Source of the DNA: a virus
Lineage: Duplodnaviria; Caudoviricetes
IMG/VR virus record: IMGVR_UViG_2654587547_000001
Span: 1 to 64,000 of that record
Direction: 5' to 3' (one strand)
Length of the DNA: 64,000 nt
Part shown: one piece after another, positions 1 through 8,601 of the stretch
Layout of the letters: each line of letters opens with the position of its first letter
Position numbering within the stretch: the stretch's first letter is position 1
The notes under the pieces: model-generated
Databases searched by the model: none
What the model was told of the DNA's origin: nothing
Seen by the model: the letters and a program-made list of their open reading frames with translations, nothing else
Translations under genes and position numbers: made by a program

Positions 1-996
1 TCACGCAACCCGCGCTTTCTTTTGTGTGGGGGATTTCTTGCCAATTTCCCCCAATGCCAATTTGATCGACTCGGTAGCCAAATGCGCATAGCGTTGCGTA
101 CTAGCTGCCGACTTATGACCCAGCACCGCGCCGACCGTGTACAGGTTGACCTTGGCGTTGATCATGGCGCTTGCCGCGCTATGCCGCAGGTCGTGAAAGC
201 GCAGATGGCCCATGCCCACGGCGACTGCTGCCGCCTTGAACTCCTTGGACACGTTCCACTTGTTGCGCGGACCCACCTTAGCCGCGACCCGGATCTTCGG
301 GTGCATCGGCACGTGGCGGGGTTCGCCGTTCTTCGTGTCCTCCAGCAGAAACATCCCATCCTGGCGTACCGCCTCCAGAATCTCGCTCAGGCGCATCCCG
401 CTATAGAAGGCGATCCGGATAGCCGCGCGCGACTTCTTGCACTTGCACGCCCTGGCGATGGCCAGCATCTCAGCCCGGTTCACATAGTGCCGGCGCTCGT
501 TCCGAACCTCTGGAGCGATTACTCGCTCGGCTGGGTCACGGTCGTGCATCCCGTGGCGCTTCCATCCCCAGCGGCAGGCGCTGGTCAGATAGCGGATTCG
601 GTTGCGCTTGGTGGCCGGGGCCAGCGGTTCGCCGGTCAGTTCGTGCAACGCCTTGTCGGCGTATTCCCGGCACACTTCGTGTAGCGCGCCCATGGGCTTG
701 CCCTGGTAGGCCCACATCATCTGCGCAAGCTCTCGGGTGATGATCTCCCCGGACTTCAGGTCCGGGATGCGCTCCTTGATGTAGATCGCCACCGCGTCCT
801 CAATCAGGAACTGCGGGCGCTCGACACCAGTTGCAAGCGCGTAGAGTCGGGCCGACTCTTGGCGGTCGTAGGCGTCAGCTTGGGCTTTACTCCACGACTT
901 TGGAAGAGCTTTTCGAGCGCGGACCCGCTGCCCTTCAATGAGACGGTCGAACTCAAACATGAGGCAACCGCGCGCTTTGTCTCGGTATATCGGCAT
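1..996 (-). CDS. int: Tyrosine recombinase / phage integrase
   Basis: SGMRLSE (R), TKNG (K), FHDLRH (HxxR), LGH and TQRY catalytic motifs. Confidence 0.97.
   Translation of the reverse strand: MPIYRDKARGCLMFEFDRLIEGQRVRARKALPKSWSKAQADAYDRQESARLYALATGVERPQFLIEDAVAIYIKERIPDLKSGEIITRELAQMMWAYQGKPMGALHEVCREYADKALHELTGEPLAPATKRNRIRYLTSACRWGWKRHGMHDRDPAERVIAPEVRNERRHYVNRAEMLAIARACKCKKSRAAIRIAFYSGMRLSEILEAVRQDGMFLLEDTKNGEPRHVPMHPKIRVAAKVGPRNKWNVSKEFKAAAVAVGMGHLRFHDLRHSAASAMINAKVNLYTVGAVLGHKSAASTQRYAHLATESIKLALGEIGKKSPTQKKARVA
25..44. repeat. Putative Int arm-type site, copy 1
   Basis: TGTGGGGGATTTCTTGCCAA is 18/20 identical to 42223-42242, which lies next to the att core. Confidence 0.7.
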
Positions 997-1145
997 GATT
1001 GCAGGTACTCGGCTAGGTCTTCGGGTGCGAATAGGATTCGGCGCCCGACGCGGTGGCAGGGGATCGGGCCACCTGGGGCGGCCAGATCATAGACGGTACG
1101 AGGGGAGACCCCCAATTCTCGGGCGGCCTCTGGGACTGAGAGCAT
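804..1145 (-). CDS. xis: Excisionase-like HTH protein overlapping the 5' end of int
   Basis: MLSVPEAARELGVSPRTVYDL...IPCHRVGRRILF is a MerR/AlpA-type HTH; GGAGG RBS before ATG 1145. Confidence 0.85.
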   Translation of the reverse strand: MLSVPEAARELGVSPRTVYDLAAPGGPIPCHRVGRRILFAPEDLAEYLQSCRYTETKRAVASCLSSTVSLKGSGSALEKLFQSRGVKPKLTPTTAKSRPDSTRLQLVSSARSS

Positions 1146-1153
1146 ATTGCCTC

Positions 1154-1327
1154 CTAAAACGCGCCTAGCCATATCCCTGTGCCGTGGACCCAGGCGACGG
1201 GGAAGAACAGGGCGCCCGCGATCAAGAATCCCCAGGACGCGGTTTTCAGGCACACGATGATGTGCGTGAACCACGCCAGGATGATCCACAGGAAAAGTAC
1301 GACTACGCCTACTTCTGTTGATTTCAT
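1154..1327 (-). CDS. 57-aa small membrane protein (not in ORF track)
   Basis: MKSTEVGVVVLFLWIILAWFTHIIVCLKTASWGFLIAGALFFPVAWVHGTGIWLGAF; GGAGG RBS; fills the gap between neighbours. Confidence 0.75.
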   Translation of the reverse strand: MKSTEVGVVVLFLWIILAWFTHIIVCLKTASWGFLIAGALFFPVAWVHGTGIWLGAF

Positions 1328-1336
1328 ATCGCCTCC

Positions 1337-1364
1337 AAAACGAAGCCCGCGCTAGGCGGGCTGT
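1337..1364 (-). terminator. Intrinsic terminator upstream of xis/int
   Basis: AGCCCGC-loop-GCGGGCT followed by TCGTTTT on the minus strand. Confidence 0.6.
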
Positions 1365-1891
1365 TGAATCTGGTTTCGGGCTATCTGTAGTAGCCTGGGG
1401 TCGGCCAGTGTTAGGACATCCAGGAGAAGGCGCTTTTCCTCCAGGTAGGTCACAGCAAACTTGGGGTCATGCTGGACGATGCTGCTGGTGTTGCTGATGA
1501 GGTCCGCAACTTTGATGGTTTGGACCCATCCAGGAGCGCCGCCCAGACGCTCGCGAGACAGACGCTTGCGCTCGGCGCGATTGCCTTCCTCCAAATCAGA
1601 CAGGAACCAGACACCCCGCACCACTGCTTCCACTTCGGTCATCGAATAATCGCTGTTGATGCTGAGGTGGTCCCATAGACCGGCCGTGGTGACTCCCTGA
1701 TCCTCCATGCAGTCGTGGAGCCATGCGGTAGCAATCATGACCTGGGGGTGTATAAGCTGCCAGTCGACCACGGTGGCAACGGTTCCGGCGACTTCCGCCA
1801 AATGATCCGTGTACGGGTTGTTGGTGTACTTGCGCCGCTGGTCCTTATGGACAACTCGGGCAAACTCCATAGCGTCAAATGCTAGGCTCAT
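1352..1891 (-). CDS. HD-domain hydrolase, RelA/SpoT small alarmone hydrolase (Mesh1-like)
   Basis: HKDQRRK...PYTDH...LHDCMED...KVADLISN motif series. Confidence 0.85.
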   Translation of the reverse strand: MSLAFDAMEFARVVHKDQRRKYTNNPYTDHLAEVAGTVATVVDWQLIHPQVMIATAWLHDCMEDQGVTTAGLWDHLSINSDYSMTEVEAVVRGVWFLSDLEEGNRAERKRLSRERLGGAPGWVQTIKVADLISNTSSIVQHDPKFAVTYLEEKRLLLDVLTLADPRLLQIARNQIQQPA

Positions 1892-2061
1892 GTTTCCTCC
1901 TTCTCCGGATTAGCCTTCACCCAAGCCCTGGCCCAGCGCTCCATCAGCACGCCGGTATGCGACCAGTTATCAGCGTATCGGTCGATCAGGTGGAATGCGA
2001 TGGCGGGGTCACGCTTGGACCAGTCGTCGGTTTCAGGGTCGATTTCGGGGAGCATCGTCAT
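1888..2061 (-). CDS. 57-aa hypothetical protein (MTMLPEIDPE...)
   Basis: GGAGG RBS and ATGA overlaps on both sides. Confidence 0.6.
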   Translation of the reverse strand: MTMLPEIDPETDDWSKRDPAIAFHLIDRYADNWSHTGVLMERWARAWVKANPEKEET

Positions 2062-2472
2062 GGGGAACCCTCCTTCATGGCGGTCTTGATGGCCTGGGCC
2101 CACGTCTCGGCAATAAATTCTTCGCCAGTGTCTGCGCAAACTATCCGCTTGATCGGCTCGCCTTCTGCCCAATCCGCGCAATGGGCGTACCGGTCCAGCC
2201 AGCGCAGCCCCGCCCCATCCCGCGCCATCGCCACCAGCGCATCCCGCTCGGCGCGGGATGGGGCGGGTCATCTGGCCGTTTCTGCTGGCAAGCCTGTAGG
2301 CCTCGCGCCGGTTCAGGAATCGGCCGGTGTCGTCCAGGAACCCTTGGATATCCGGACCCGGGATGCCGCCCATGGCCCTGATTACGTGGTGATGGCGGTT
2401 CGGCGCAGGAAGGGAATGCACCTTGCCAGCGTGCTTGATGGCTACGTGCGTAATCTTGGGTAGATCAGCCAT
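2058..2472 (-). pseudogene. Two gene remnants fused out of frame at an inverted repeat
   Basis: The 5' part (MADLPKITH...QGFLDDTGRFLNRREAY) and the 3' part (AERDALVAMARDGAGLRWLD...KEGSP*) are in different frames, with the junction at the 18-bp IR. Confidence 0.55.
2209..2267. repeat. Perfect 18-bp inverted repeat with a 23-nt spacer
   Basis: CCCGCCCCATCCCGCGCC (2209-2226) / GGCGCGGGATGGGGCGGG (2250-2267). Confidence 0.9.
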
Positions 2473-2695
2473 GTCCGCCTCCGTCCGTGCGGGGGTGCTG
2501 GGCTGTCAGGGCGGCGCCAGAGTTGATGAGAAGCCCGAACGGATCAGAGCCAACATCCTGGGCGTTACGGCGCTCGCCGGTCCACGGGTTGAACAGCCAT
2601 GCCGTCTTGCCGTTATGCTCGCGCCATTGGGCCGCATGGCTCGGGTAGGGCTTGCTCCAGCCGCTGGCCGGGTCGAATTTCATCAGATCATTCAT
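2465..2695 (-). CDS. Hypothetical phage protein
   Basis: ORF coupled to both neighbours; C-terminal QHPRTDGGG shared with 45365-45985. Confidence 0.7.
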   Translation of the reverse strand: MNDLMKFDPASGWSKPYPSHAAQWREHNGKTAWLFNPWTGERRNAQDVGSDPFGLLINSGAALTAQHPRTDGGGHG

Positions 2696-3737
2696 CGCTC
2701 TCTCCTTTCTCGCCCGTCTGTGTAGCTGTCAAGGATTGCTTGACGACTGACGGGGTGGAGGGCAGGGCACGATCAACGGCAGCTTTGAATCTGTCCACCG
2801 CCTCATCGCTGTTGTGCTTATGCCCAAGCACGTCGAGCTCGCGCTCGTGGGCAATCGCCATCGCGTAATCGAGCAGGTTCTCCCCCGCACTCTTCGCGCA
2901 ATCCCCGCCGTCCTTGTCAGCGTTGGCGCGCAGCCAGTAGATGGCGTTGTCCAGGCTCATCGTGTCAAAGCCCGGGATGTTGCAGAAGCTGATCGCGCGC
3001 CGGGCTTTCTCCAGGTCGTGCTTGTAGCCGATGTTCACCCAGCCCAGCCGCTCCATTTCGTCCTGATCGGCATTGCGCACCGCCTCGCTGGCCTGGGGCG
3101 CGGCATAGAACTTGGCGCCATAGGGATAGCTGTTCAGATCCACCAGCACCTTGAGGTCGCGCTCGCCAAATGCCTCAGGGTCGCCATAGCGCGACACCAC
3201 TTCTGCCACCGGCTTTTCCGCCTCCCCGGCTACAGGGGCGCTTGCCAGGGCGGCGAGTTCTGCTGCAATTCGGGTTTCCACATTGCGGCGAGCAATCGAA
3301 CGAACGGACAGCAAGGTGCTGGACGCCATGCTTTCGCCGTATTCGCTGACGTGTTCCAGAATTCGTTCCAAGGGCGAACCCTCGGCGTCCGCAGACTTGC
3401 GCCAAAGCTGCGCAGCCAGGAATGGGTCATTCTCCAGTTGTTCAACCGAAACTCCTTGAGGGTTGCAGGCGCTGCACGGAATCGACTCCGGGTATCCAGT
3501 GGTGTGGCTGGTGTACCAGCCGGGTCCGCCGCATCGCTTGCACCGCTCATCGGCCACCGGCTCGCCCGCCTGCACGCCCTCCGCGCGCAGCTTGGACAGC
3601 AGGGCGGATTCGATGGCGCGGCCCAGAGCCAGCCCGTACCCGGTCTTGAATGCCCCGTGCGATTGATGGGCGTTGGTGATGATGTCGCGGATTTCGTCAT
3701 CCGTCAGCCCAGGCTGGGCGGCGTTGTTCTCAGTCAT
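2688..3737 (-). CDS. Mosaic early-left protein (Ead/Ea22-like), 349 aa, with a CxxCxGxG Zn-finger module
   Basis: Starts MTENNAAQPGLTDDEI and shares linker blocks with 45978-47579. Confidence 0.8.
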   Translation of the reverse strand: MTENNAAQPGLTDDEIRDIITNAHQSHGAFKTGYGLALGRAIESALLSKLRAEGVQAGEPVADERCKRCGGPGWYTSHTTGYPESIPCSACNPQGVSVEQLENDPFLAAQLWRKSADAEGSPLERILEHVSEYGESMASSTLLSVRSIARRNVETRIAAELAALASAPVAGEAEKPVAEVVSRYGDPEAFGERDLKVLVDLNSYPYGAKFYAAPQASEAVRNADQDEMERLGWVNIGYKHDLEKARRAISFCNIPGFDTMSLDNAIYWLRANADKDGGDCAKSAGENLLDYAMAIAHERELDVLGHKHNSDEAVDRFKAAVDRALPSTPSVVKQSLTATQTGEKGESDE

Positions 3738-4080
3738 GGCTTTCCTTGGTGGTGGGCTGGTTGATCCATTCGGCGAGCGCCTTGGCGGTCGCCGTATCCC
3801 GCGCCTCTCGTGCCGCCCGGACGTCCTGGTCCAAATCTCGAAACGGAACACGGGCGCGGCTGCGCTGGAGCGTGTAGCCGCGCCGCGCCATGAACCGAAG
3901 GAAGACGTCGATCACGTAGCACTGCCCCGTGGCCCAACCGACCTTTCGGGCGATATCGTTGCCCTGCAAGTTGATGATCTCGTGCATGGCCTTGAACAGA
4001 TCCTTCTGGTCGTGGAAGTCGCGCAGCGGCGGCGGCAGATGGGCGCTGCTTTCGAGCCAGGCGGTGGTCTCGTCCATCAC
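3730..4080 (-). CDS. Hypothetical phage protein
   Basis: Coupled ORF (LRDFHDQKDLFKAMHE...). Confidence 0.7.
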   Translation of the reverse strand: MMDETTAWLESSAHLPPPLRDFHDQKDLFKAMHEIINLQGNDIARKVGWATGQCYVIDVFLRFMARRGYTLQRSRARVPFRDLDQDVRAAREARDTATAKALAEWINQPTTKESHD

Positions 4081-4361
4081 GCCTCTCCCTTCTGCTGGGC
4101 AATGGCGGCGGTAAACGTCGGCTCGTATTCAAGGGCGACTTCCCAGCGCCCAATCTCGGGGCCGGTAAAGCCGTCGAATATGGCGAACGTCAGCGGCCAA
4201 TTGGCCTCAAAGCCGTCGTGGTTGCGGAAGTAGTCTTCGGCGCATGCCTCGGCTTCCTCCTCGTCGATATCATCGACAGACGAGCGTTGGACAAATTCCG
4301 GGGCCAAAGTGCGGCGGCGCTCCGGGCCAGATTGCGGCCAAACCCGCGCGTAGAACCTCAT
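4077..4361 (-). CDS. Hypothetical phage protein
   Basis: Coupled ORF ending in the AIAQQKGEA linker. Confidence 0.7.
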   Translation of the reverse strand: MRFYARVWPQSGPERRRTLAPEFVQRSSVDDIDEEEAEACAEDYFRNHDGFEANWPLTFAIFDGFTGPEIGRWEVALEYEPTFTAAIAQQKGEA

Positions 4362-5218
4362 GCTGCACCTCCTTTGTGCGGGACCTGGGCTGCGATGGAG
4401 GCGTCGATAGCGGCATCAAGTTCTTCGCCAGCGCGATACTCATAGGTGTGATATCCGCCAACACCCGGGACGCTTTCATCTTCTGGCACGTAGCCTGTGC
4501 GCTTATCCAGCACTAGGGCAGGGTCAGTTTTTGGGTCACGCAGCCAGCGATACCGCTTGGCATCCAGCGCATCGCCAGCAGCGGGAGCGTTGATACCCAG
4601 GTGCGCCAGAACCGCAGCGGCCTGTTTCTCACTCATCCAGTTCCCGCCACACTCTCCTTCGATCGCATCGCGCAGGCGCTTCACCGCACCCTCAGTCGCC
4701 GCCGTGGAGGCAGGGCGACACGACTTCACATACTCCGCAATGCCCGGAATGTCCTCGAACGCGATGTTGAAGCCGCGACCCTCGCAGGCCTCGCATTCCT
4801 CCTTGAACTCCTGCACGTCGGTCTTGCGCTCGGCGACCTGGTGCTTGACGAACACATGGCCGGAGCCGTTGCACTCGTCGCACGCCAGTTCCCAGTCGCG
4901 ATCCCCCGTCGCTCCGGTGGGTATAGGGTGCGAGGTAGGGGCGGGGGTGCAGTCCGGGCACGGCTCGGCGTCGTATCCGGAATGTTGAGTCAAGCCACCA
5001 ATCATCCCGTGGCCGTTGCAGGTCAAGCAAGGCTCTGCGGGCAGCGGCATCCAGTGCACCGGCTCGCTGTGGACGTATGGCCACACCCATGCACCAACGC
5101 CGTTGTACGCCGCTTGCAGCCAATATCCGTCCGCAATTCTGTGATCACCTTTCCCGCGCAGCAGCACGGAGCTGCCATCCTTCGGCGCGCTGGCGATAGG
5201 CTTCCATTCTGTGTTCAT
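4358..5218 (-). CDS. Mosaic early protein: DUF551-like N-terminus plus DnaJ-like CxxCxGxG Zn fingers
   Basis: WKPIASAPKDG...HWMPLP; CLTCNGHG, CDECNGSG, CEACEGRG; linkers shared with 48331-49458. Confidence 0.8.
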   Translation of the reverse strand: MNTEWKPIASAPKDGSSVLLRGKGDHRIADGYWLQAAYNGVGAWVWPYVHSEPVHWMPLPAEPCLTCNGHGMIGGLTQHSGYDAEPCPDCTPAPTSHPIPTGATGDRDWELACDECNGSGHVFVKHQVAERKTDVQEFKEECEACEGRGFNIAFEDIPGIAEYVKSCRPASTAATEGAVKRLRDAIEGECGGNWMSEKQAAAVLAHLGINAPAAGDALDAKRYRWLRDPKTDPALVLDKRTGYVPEDESVPGVGGYHTYEYRAGEELDAAIDASIAAQVPHKGGAA

Positions 5219-5220
5219 GC

Positions 5221-5358
5221 TCAACTCCAAATCTCGTTGCGGAATATCCAGATGGCAGCCAGTGCAATGTCCACCACGAGCATGCCGAAGAAGCATGCGA
5301 TAGGGTTCAGATCGCCCGGATAGTCATCATCCAGCGGCGGGGAGGATTCGTTGGGCAT
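5221..5358 (-). CDS. 45-aa single-TM protein (not in ORF track)
   Basis: MPNESSPPLDDDYPGDLNPIACFFGMLVVDIALAAIWIFRNEIWS; GGAG RBS. Confidence 0.6.
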   Translation of the reverse strand: MPNESSPPLDDDYPGDLNPIACFFGMLVVDIALAAIWIFRNEIWS

Positions 5359-5363
5359 GGGAT

Positions 5364-5422
5364 CTCCAGGCAATAGAAGGGCAGCCCCGGACAGACGGCG
5401 GGGTACGGGGCTGCGGGGTAGG
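5364..5422 (-). repeat. Conserved intergenic hairpin plus RBS, copy 1
   Basis: Identical to 49627-49686 apart from one G; GCAGCCCCG/CGGGGCTGC stem. Confidence 0.9.
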
Positions 5423-5424
5423 AA

Positions 5425-5922
5425 CTAGAACGGGATGTCGTCGTCCATGTCGGCAAGGTTTGCCGGTGGCGATGATTGAGGCGAAGGGCCGCCGCGTTGG
5501 TTGGCGTACTCGTTGCGTTGGCTCGTCGGGCGTTGTGCTGAGGCGCGCTGCGGCTGGCGCTCAGGCGGCGCACTGTCGCCCTCGTCGCGACCGCCCAGCA
5601 TCTGCATCTGATCGGCCACCACTTCGGTGCTGTAGCGGTCGGCGCCGGTGTCCTTGTCCTGCCATTTGCGCGTCTTGAGGCGGCCTTCCAGATAGACGGA
5701 GCGGCCTTTCTTAAGGTACTCGCCGGCAATCTCGGCCAAGCGGTTGTACAAGACGACGCGGTGCCATTCGGTCTCTTCGCGCTTCTCGCCCGTGGCCTTG
5801 TCCTTCCAGCTGGAAGTCGTGGCTACGGACATGTTGCAGATGGCCCCGCCTTCGGGGTTGTAGCGGACCTCCGGGTCTCGCCCGAGATTGCCCACCAAAA
5901 TGACTTTGTTAACGCTGGCCAT
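5425..5922 (-). CDS. ssb: Single-stranded DNA-binding protein
   Basis: [18 protein letters not shown]...DDDIPF. Confidence 0.97.
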   Translation of the reverse strand: MASVNKVILVGNLGRDPEVRYNPEGGAICNMSVATTSSWKDKATGEKREETEWHRVVLYNRLAEIAGEYLKKGRSVYLEGRLKTRKWQDKDTGADRYSTEVVADQMQMLGGRDEGDSAPPERQPQRASAQRPTSQRNEYANQRGGPSPQSSPPANLADMDDDIPF

Positions 5923-6557
5923 TACGCGGCTTCCTTTTTGAGTAGGGTTTCGTACTTCGTGACCATGCGTTCAAACTCCATCAGGTCTGCTTCCAGTTCC
6001 TCGATAGCGTTGTCATCGCGATCGATACGGCGGATGGTCAGGTGCCGGCCGATAGGTTCCAGATCAGGCGCCCACAGAACGAGGTCCACCCACTTGCGGC
6101 CCAGCAGCCACATCGCGCCGTTGCACTGGTCGATGTATTCGCTGATGTCCCCATCCACTACTGCGTTGAACAGGGTTGCGGACGAAACCATCGTCTTGAT
6201 TTCGATTAGGCCATCGGCGTCTACCATGCCGTCCACGCTGACGCCGAACAGGTTGTCTTCGGTGGTGATGAACCCGGCCTCTTCAACAAACAGCTTGGTC
6301 CTGGCTTCGTAGGCGGCGCGGGCGTAGGGCTCCTGCTCAGTGCCGGTACGCATGGCTGCGGTGGCGAACTTGTCGGCCGCATTGCCGCCCAGGCGTTCGC
6401 GGGCCACGTCCATCGCGTAGTCCATGCACTTCTTCGAGGGCGCGCCGCTCTTGAGCTTGTCGCGGCAGTCTTTGAACCGGCTGCCGGTGATGACGCCGCG
6501 CCGCGCTTCCAACCATTCCGGGGAACCCTGCGGGGCCGTTTGGGTGATCAGGTTCAT
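5922..6557 (-). CDS. YqaJ / lambda-exonuclease family protein
   Basis: [17 protein letters not shown]...SVDG...EIK. Confidence 0.92.
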   Translation of the reverse strand: MNLITQTAPQGSPEWLEARRGVITGSRFKDCRDKLKSGAPSKKCMDYAMDVARERLGGNAADKFATAAMRTGTEQEPYARAAYEARTKLFVEEAGFITTEDNLFGVSVDGMVDADGLIEIKTMVSSATLFNAVVDGDISEYIDQCNGAMWLLGRKWVDLVLWAPDLEPIGRHLTIRRIDRDDNAIEELEADLMEFERMVTKYETLLKKEAA

Positions 6558-7336
6558 CAGGCTTCTCCTTGCTTGAGCATGGCGCGCTTGTCCGCGTAGG
6601 CCTTCTTGAAGGTAGCGAACGCAGCGAGGTTGTTGGTCTTTTGGATGGCTTCACAGCCGTCTTCCCAGATCTTCACCGCTTGGTCCATAGAGTCGGCCTG
6701 TGCGATCTTGCTGATCCAGGAATCTCGAATCTCGTCTGCAGCGTCGTCGGCGCCGTTCCCGTCGTTGTCATCCCCCTTCTCGGAGATCCCGCAGACAGCC
6801 TTGAGCGTGTGGCGCTCCAGGTATGTGGTTGTGGAAACAATGGCCTGGATAGTGTTCTTGCCGCCGCTGTCGTCGGCCGGAGCGTCCAGGGTTACCGACT
6901 TCTCGTGGCCTAGGCGGTGTAGCAGGGTGCAGGTTATGAAGATGCGCCCGTTCTTTTGCTCAGGCGTCCAACTCCACGAAAAGCCGTGCCGAGACAGGGC
7001 GGGGCCGACCGCCTCGACCACATCGGACAGCTCGGCGTGCTTGTACTGAGTGCGGCCCTTCTGGGTGGCGAAGTCGACCTGCTTCCGCTTGATCACTTCC
7101 ACCGCTTCCGCCTTGAAGGCGGCGAAGGCTTCGTTGAAGGCCTTGCGGGCCTCATCGGCTTCCCATTCCCGTTGAATCGCCATCATTTCCTTGATCTGGT
7201 CCAGCGGGATGCCTTGCTTTACCGCCGCCATCATCATGCCCATGGGTGAGTTGGCGGCCAGAACAGCGACTTGGCCGGCTGCAAGATCCGGTTGCGCGGC
7301 CACTGCGCGGGCCGGTGCGTCTAGAACTTCGTTCAT
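6557..7336 (-). CDS. ERF-family ssDNA annealing protein
   Basis: YKHAELSDV...HGFSW...GHEKS...STTTYLERH...DDNDG. Confidence 0.88.
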   Translation of the reverse strand: MNEVLDAPARAVAAQPDLAAGQVAVLAANSPMGMMMAAVKQGIPLDQIKEMMAIQREWEADEARKAFNEAFAAFKAEAVEVIKRKQVDFATQKGRTQYKHAELSDVVEAVGPALSRHGFSWSWTPEQKNGRIFITCTLLHRLGHEKSVTLDAPADDSGGKNTIQAIVSTTTYLERHTLKAVCGISEKGDDNDGNGADDAADEIRDSWISKIAQADSMDQAVKIWEDGCEAIQKTNNLAAFATFKKAYADKRAMLKQGEA

Positions 7337-7343
7337 GGCGTCC

Positions 7344-8441
7344 TCAGTATGAAATCTTGATTGCGGGGATCTTCCCCTTGGCGATCAGGGTGACGGCCAA
7401 CTTGGCGCACTCTTCGGGAAGGCCTCCGGCAGCGAAAGCAGCCAGCGCAGCGCTGTTGACCTTGCCCTTGTGGGCCTTGTCGGCTTCACGGCGGGCGGCC
7501 TCGGCTTCTTCCGCAGCCTTCGCGTCGGCCTGGCGCTTGATTTCTGCCTGGCGCGCGGCCTCGACGGCTTGCTTTTCGCGTTCAATGGCGGCGAGGCGGT
7601 CTTGTTCGGCGCGCTGCTCGGCGGCGATCTTGTCCGCCTTGGCCTGGGCCGCTGCTTTCTCTGCCTGCTCGGCTTGCAGCTTAAGTTCAAGTTCGCGGCG
7701 TTCAGCTGCGGCTTTGGCTTCCTGCTCGCGCCGGATCACCGCTTCGCGTTCGGCTTGGGCGCGGGCGTCGGCTTCGCGCTGTGCTTGCTCGGCGGCTTCG
7801 CGGGCAATGCGCTCTTCGTGCTCTTTCTGCTCGCGGGCAGCTACCTCGGCACGCAAGCGGGCCAGTTCGGCCTGCTCGGCGTCGTACTTCTCGCGGGCCA
7901 CCAAACGGTCGCGAAGGCCGGACAGTGCCTTATCCTTGGCTCGGGCGGCTTCCGCTTCGAATTCTTCCCACTCGGGTCCGATGGCGATGGCTTCCACGGC
8001 GGCGAGGGCGGTGCGCAGCGATTCCGCAGATTCATTGCAGTTGACGACCAGAGACGCAATGCCCTCGACTGCATCCTTGTGACGCTGTACGCGGTCTTCT
8101 TCGGCCTGCTGCCACTCAGTCAGCGGACGGCGAACCTCATCAGCCAAAGCATCCAGCGTTTCCCGCATGCGCTTCCGCTCGGCGTCGATCTTCTTGGGGA
8201 TCTCCTTCAAGCGGTCAACCTGCTCCTTCCCCAAGTCGTCCAGGGCAGTCTTCGCCTTGCGGACCTTGTAGGCAAGGCTGGCGATCGCGTCGCGGCCTTT
8301 CTTGGTCGTCAGATCCGGTACGTGGCCAGAAACCTCGGCGCGGATTCTGTCCAGCCAGGGATCAAGGCCATTGGGCTTGGAGTAAACCTCCAGCGCAGTT
8401 TCCTGGGGCGGCAGTTCCGCAAGTTCGGTCGTCTCGGTCAT
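7344..8441 (-). CDS. Long coiled-coil phage protein (often mislabelled TolA-like)
   Basis: PDLTTKKGRDAIASLAYKV...IPAIKISY; same length as and near-identical to 51452-52549. Confidence 0.9.
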   Translation of the reverse strand: MTETTELAELPPQETALEVYSKPNGLDPWLDRIRAEVSGHVPDLTTKKGRDAIASLAYKVRKAKTALDDLGKEQVDRLKEIPKKIDAERKRMRETLDALADEVRRPLTEWQQAEEDRVQRHKDAVEGIASLVVNCNESAESLRTALAAVEAIAIGPEWEEFEAEAARAKDKALSGLRDRLVAREKYDAEQAELARLRAEVAAREQKEHEERIAREAAEQAQREADARAQAEREAVIRREQEAKAAAERRELELKLQAEQAEKAAAQAKADKIAAEQRAEQDRLAAIEREKQAVEAARQAEIKRQADAKAAEEAEAARREADKAHKGKVNSAALAAFAAGGLPEECAKLAVTLIAKGKIPAIKISY

Positions 8442-8442
8442 G

Positions 8443-8601
8443 TCAGTCCTTGGCTGCGTATTTGGTGCCGGCTTCTTTGGCAATTCGCTGTTCTTCGTAC
8501 TTGTCCAGCGTCGGCCTGAGTACGCAGGTTGCGGTAAGAAAAACGGCCCCGAAAAGAATCGTGAGGCCGTGGATTTTTAGGAAGTTCAGGAGGCGTTTCA
8601 T
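8443..8601 (-). CDS. Small single-TM protein
   Basis: MKRLLNFLKIHGLTILFGAVFLTATCVLRPTLD...YAAKD; homologue at 52551-52715. Confidence 0.7.
   Translation of the reverse strand: MKRLLNFLKIHGLTILFGAVFLTATCVLRPTLDKYEEQRIAKEAGTKYAAKD

Noticed and set aside
1888-2472. Single intact 194-aa gene as in the ORF track
   Set aside because: The middle part reads as out-of-frame sequence; it is better explained as two remnants plus a separate gene starting at 2061.
7344-8441. Host tolA gene
   Set aside because: There is no TM anchor or tol operon; the similarity is compositional, and the gene sits in the phage recombination region in both prophages.
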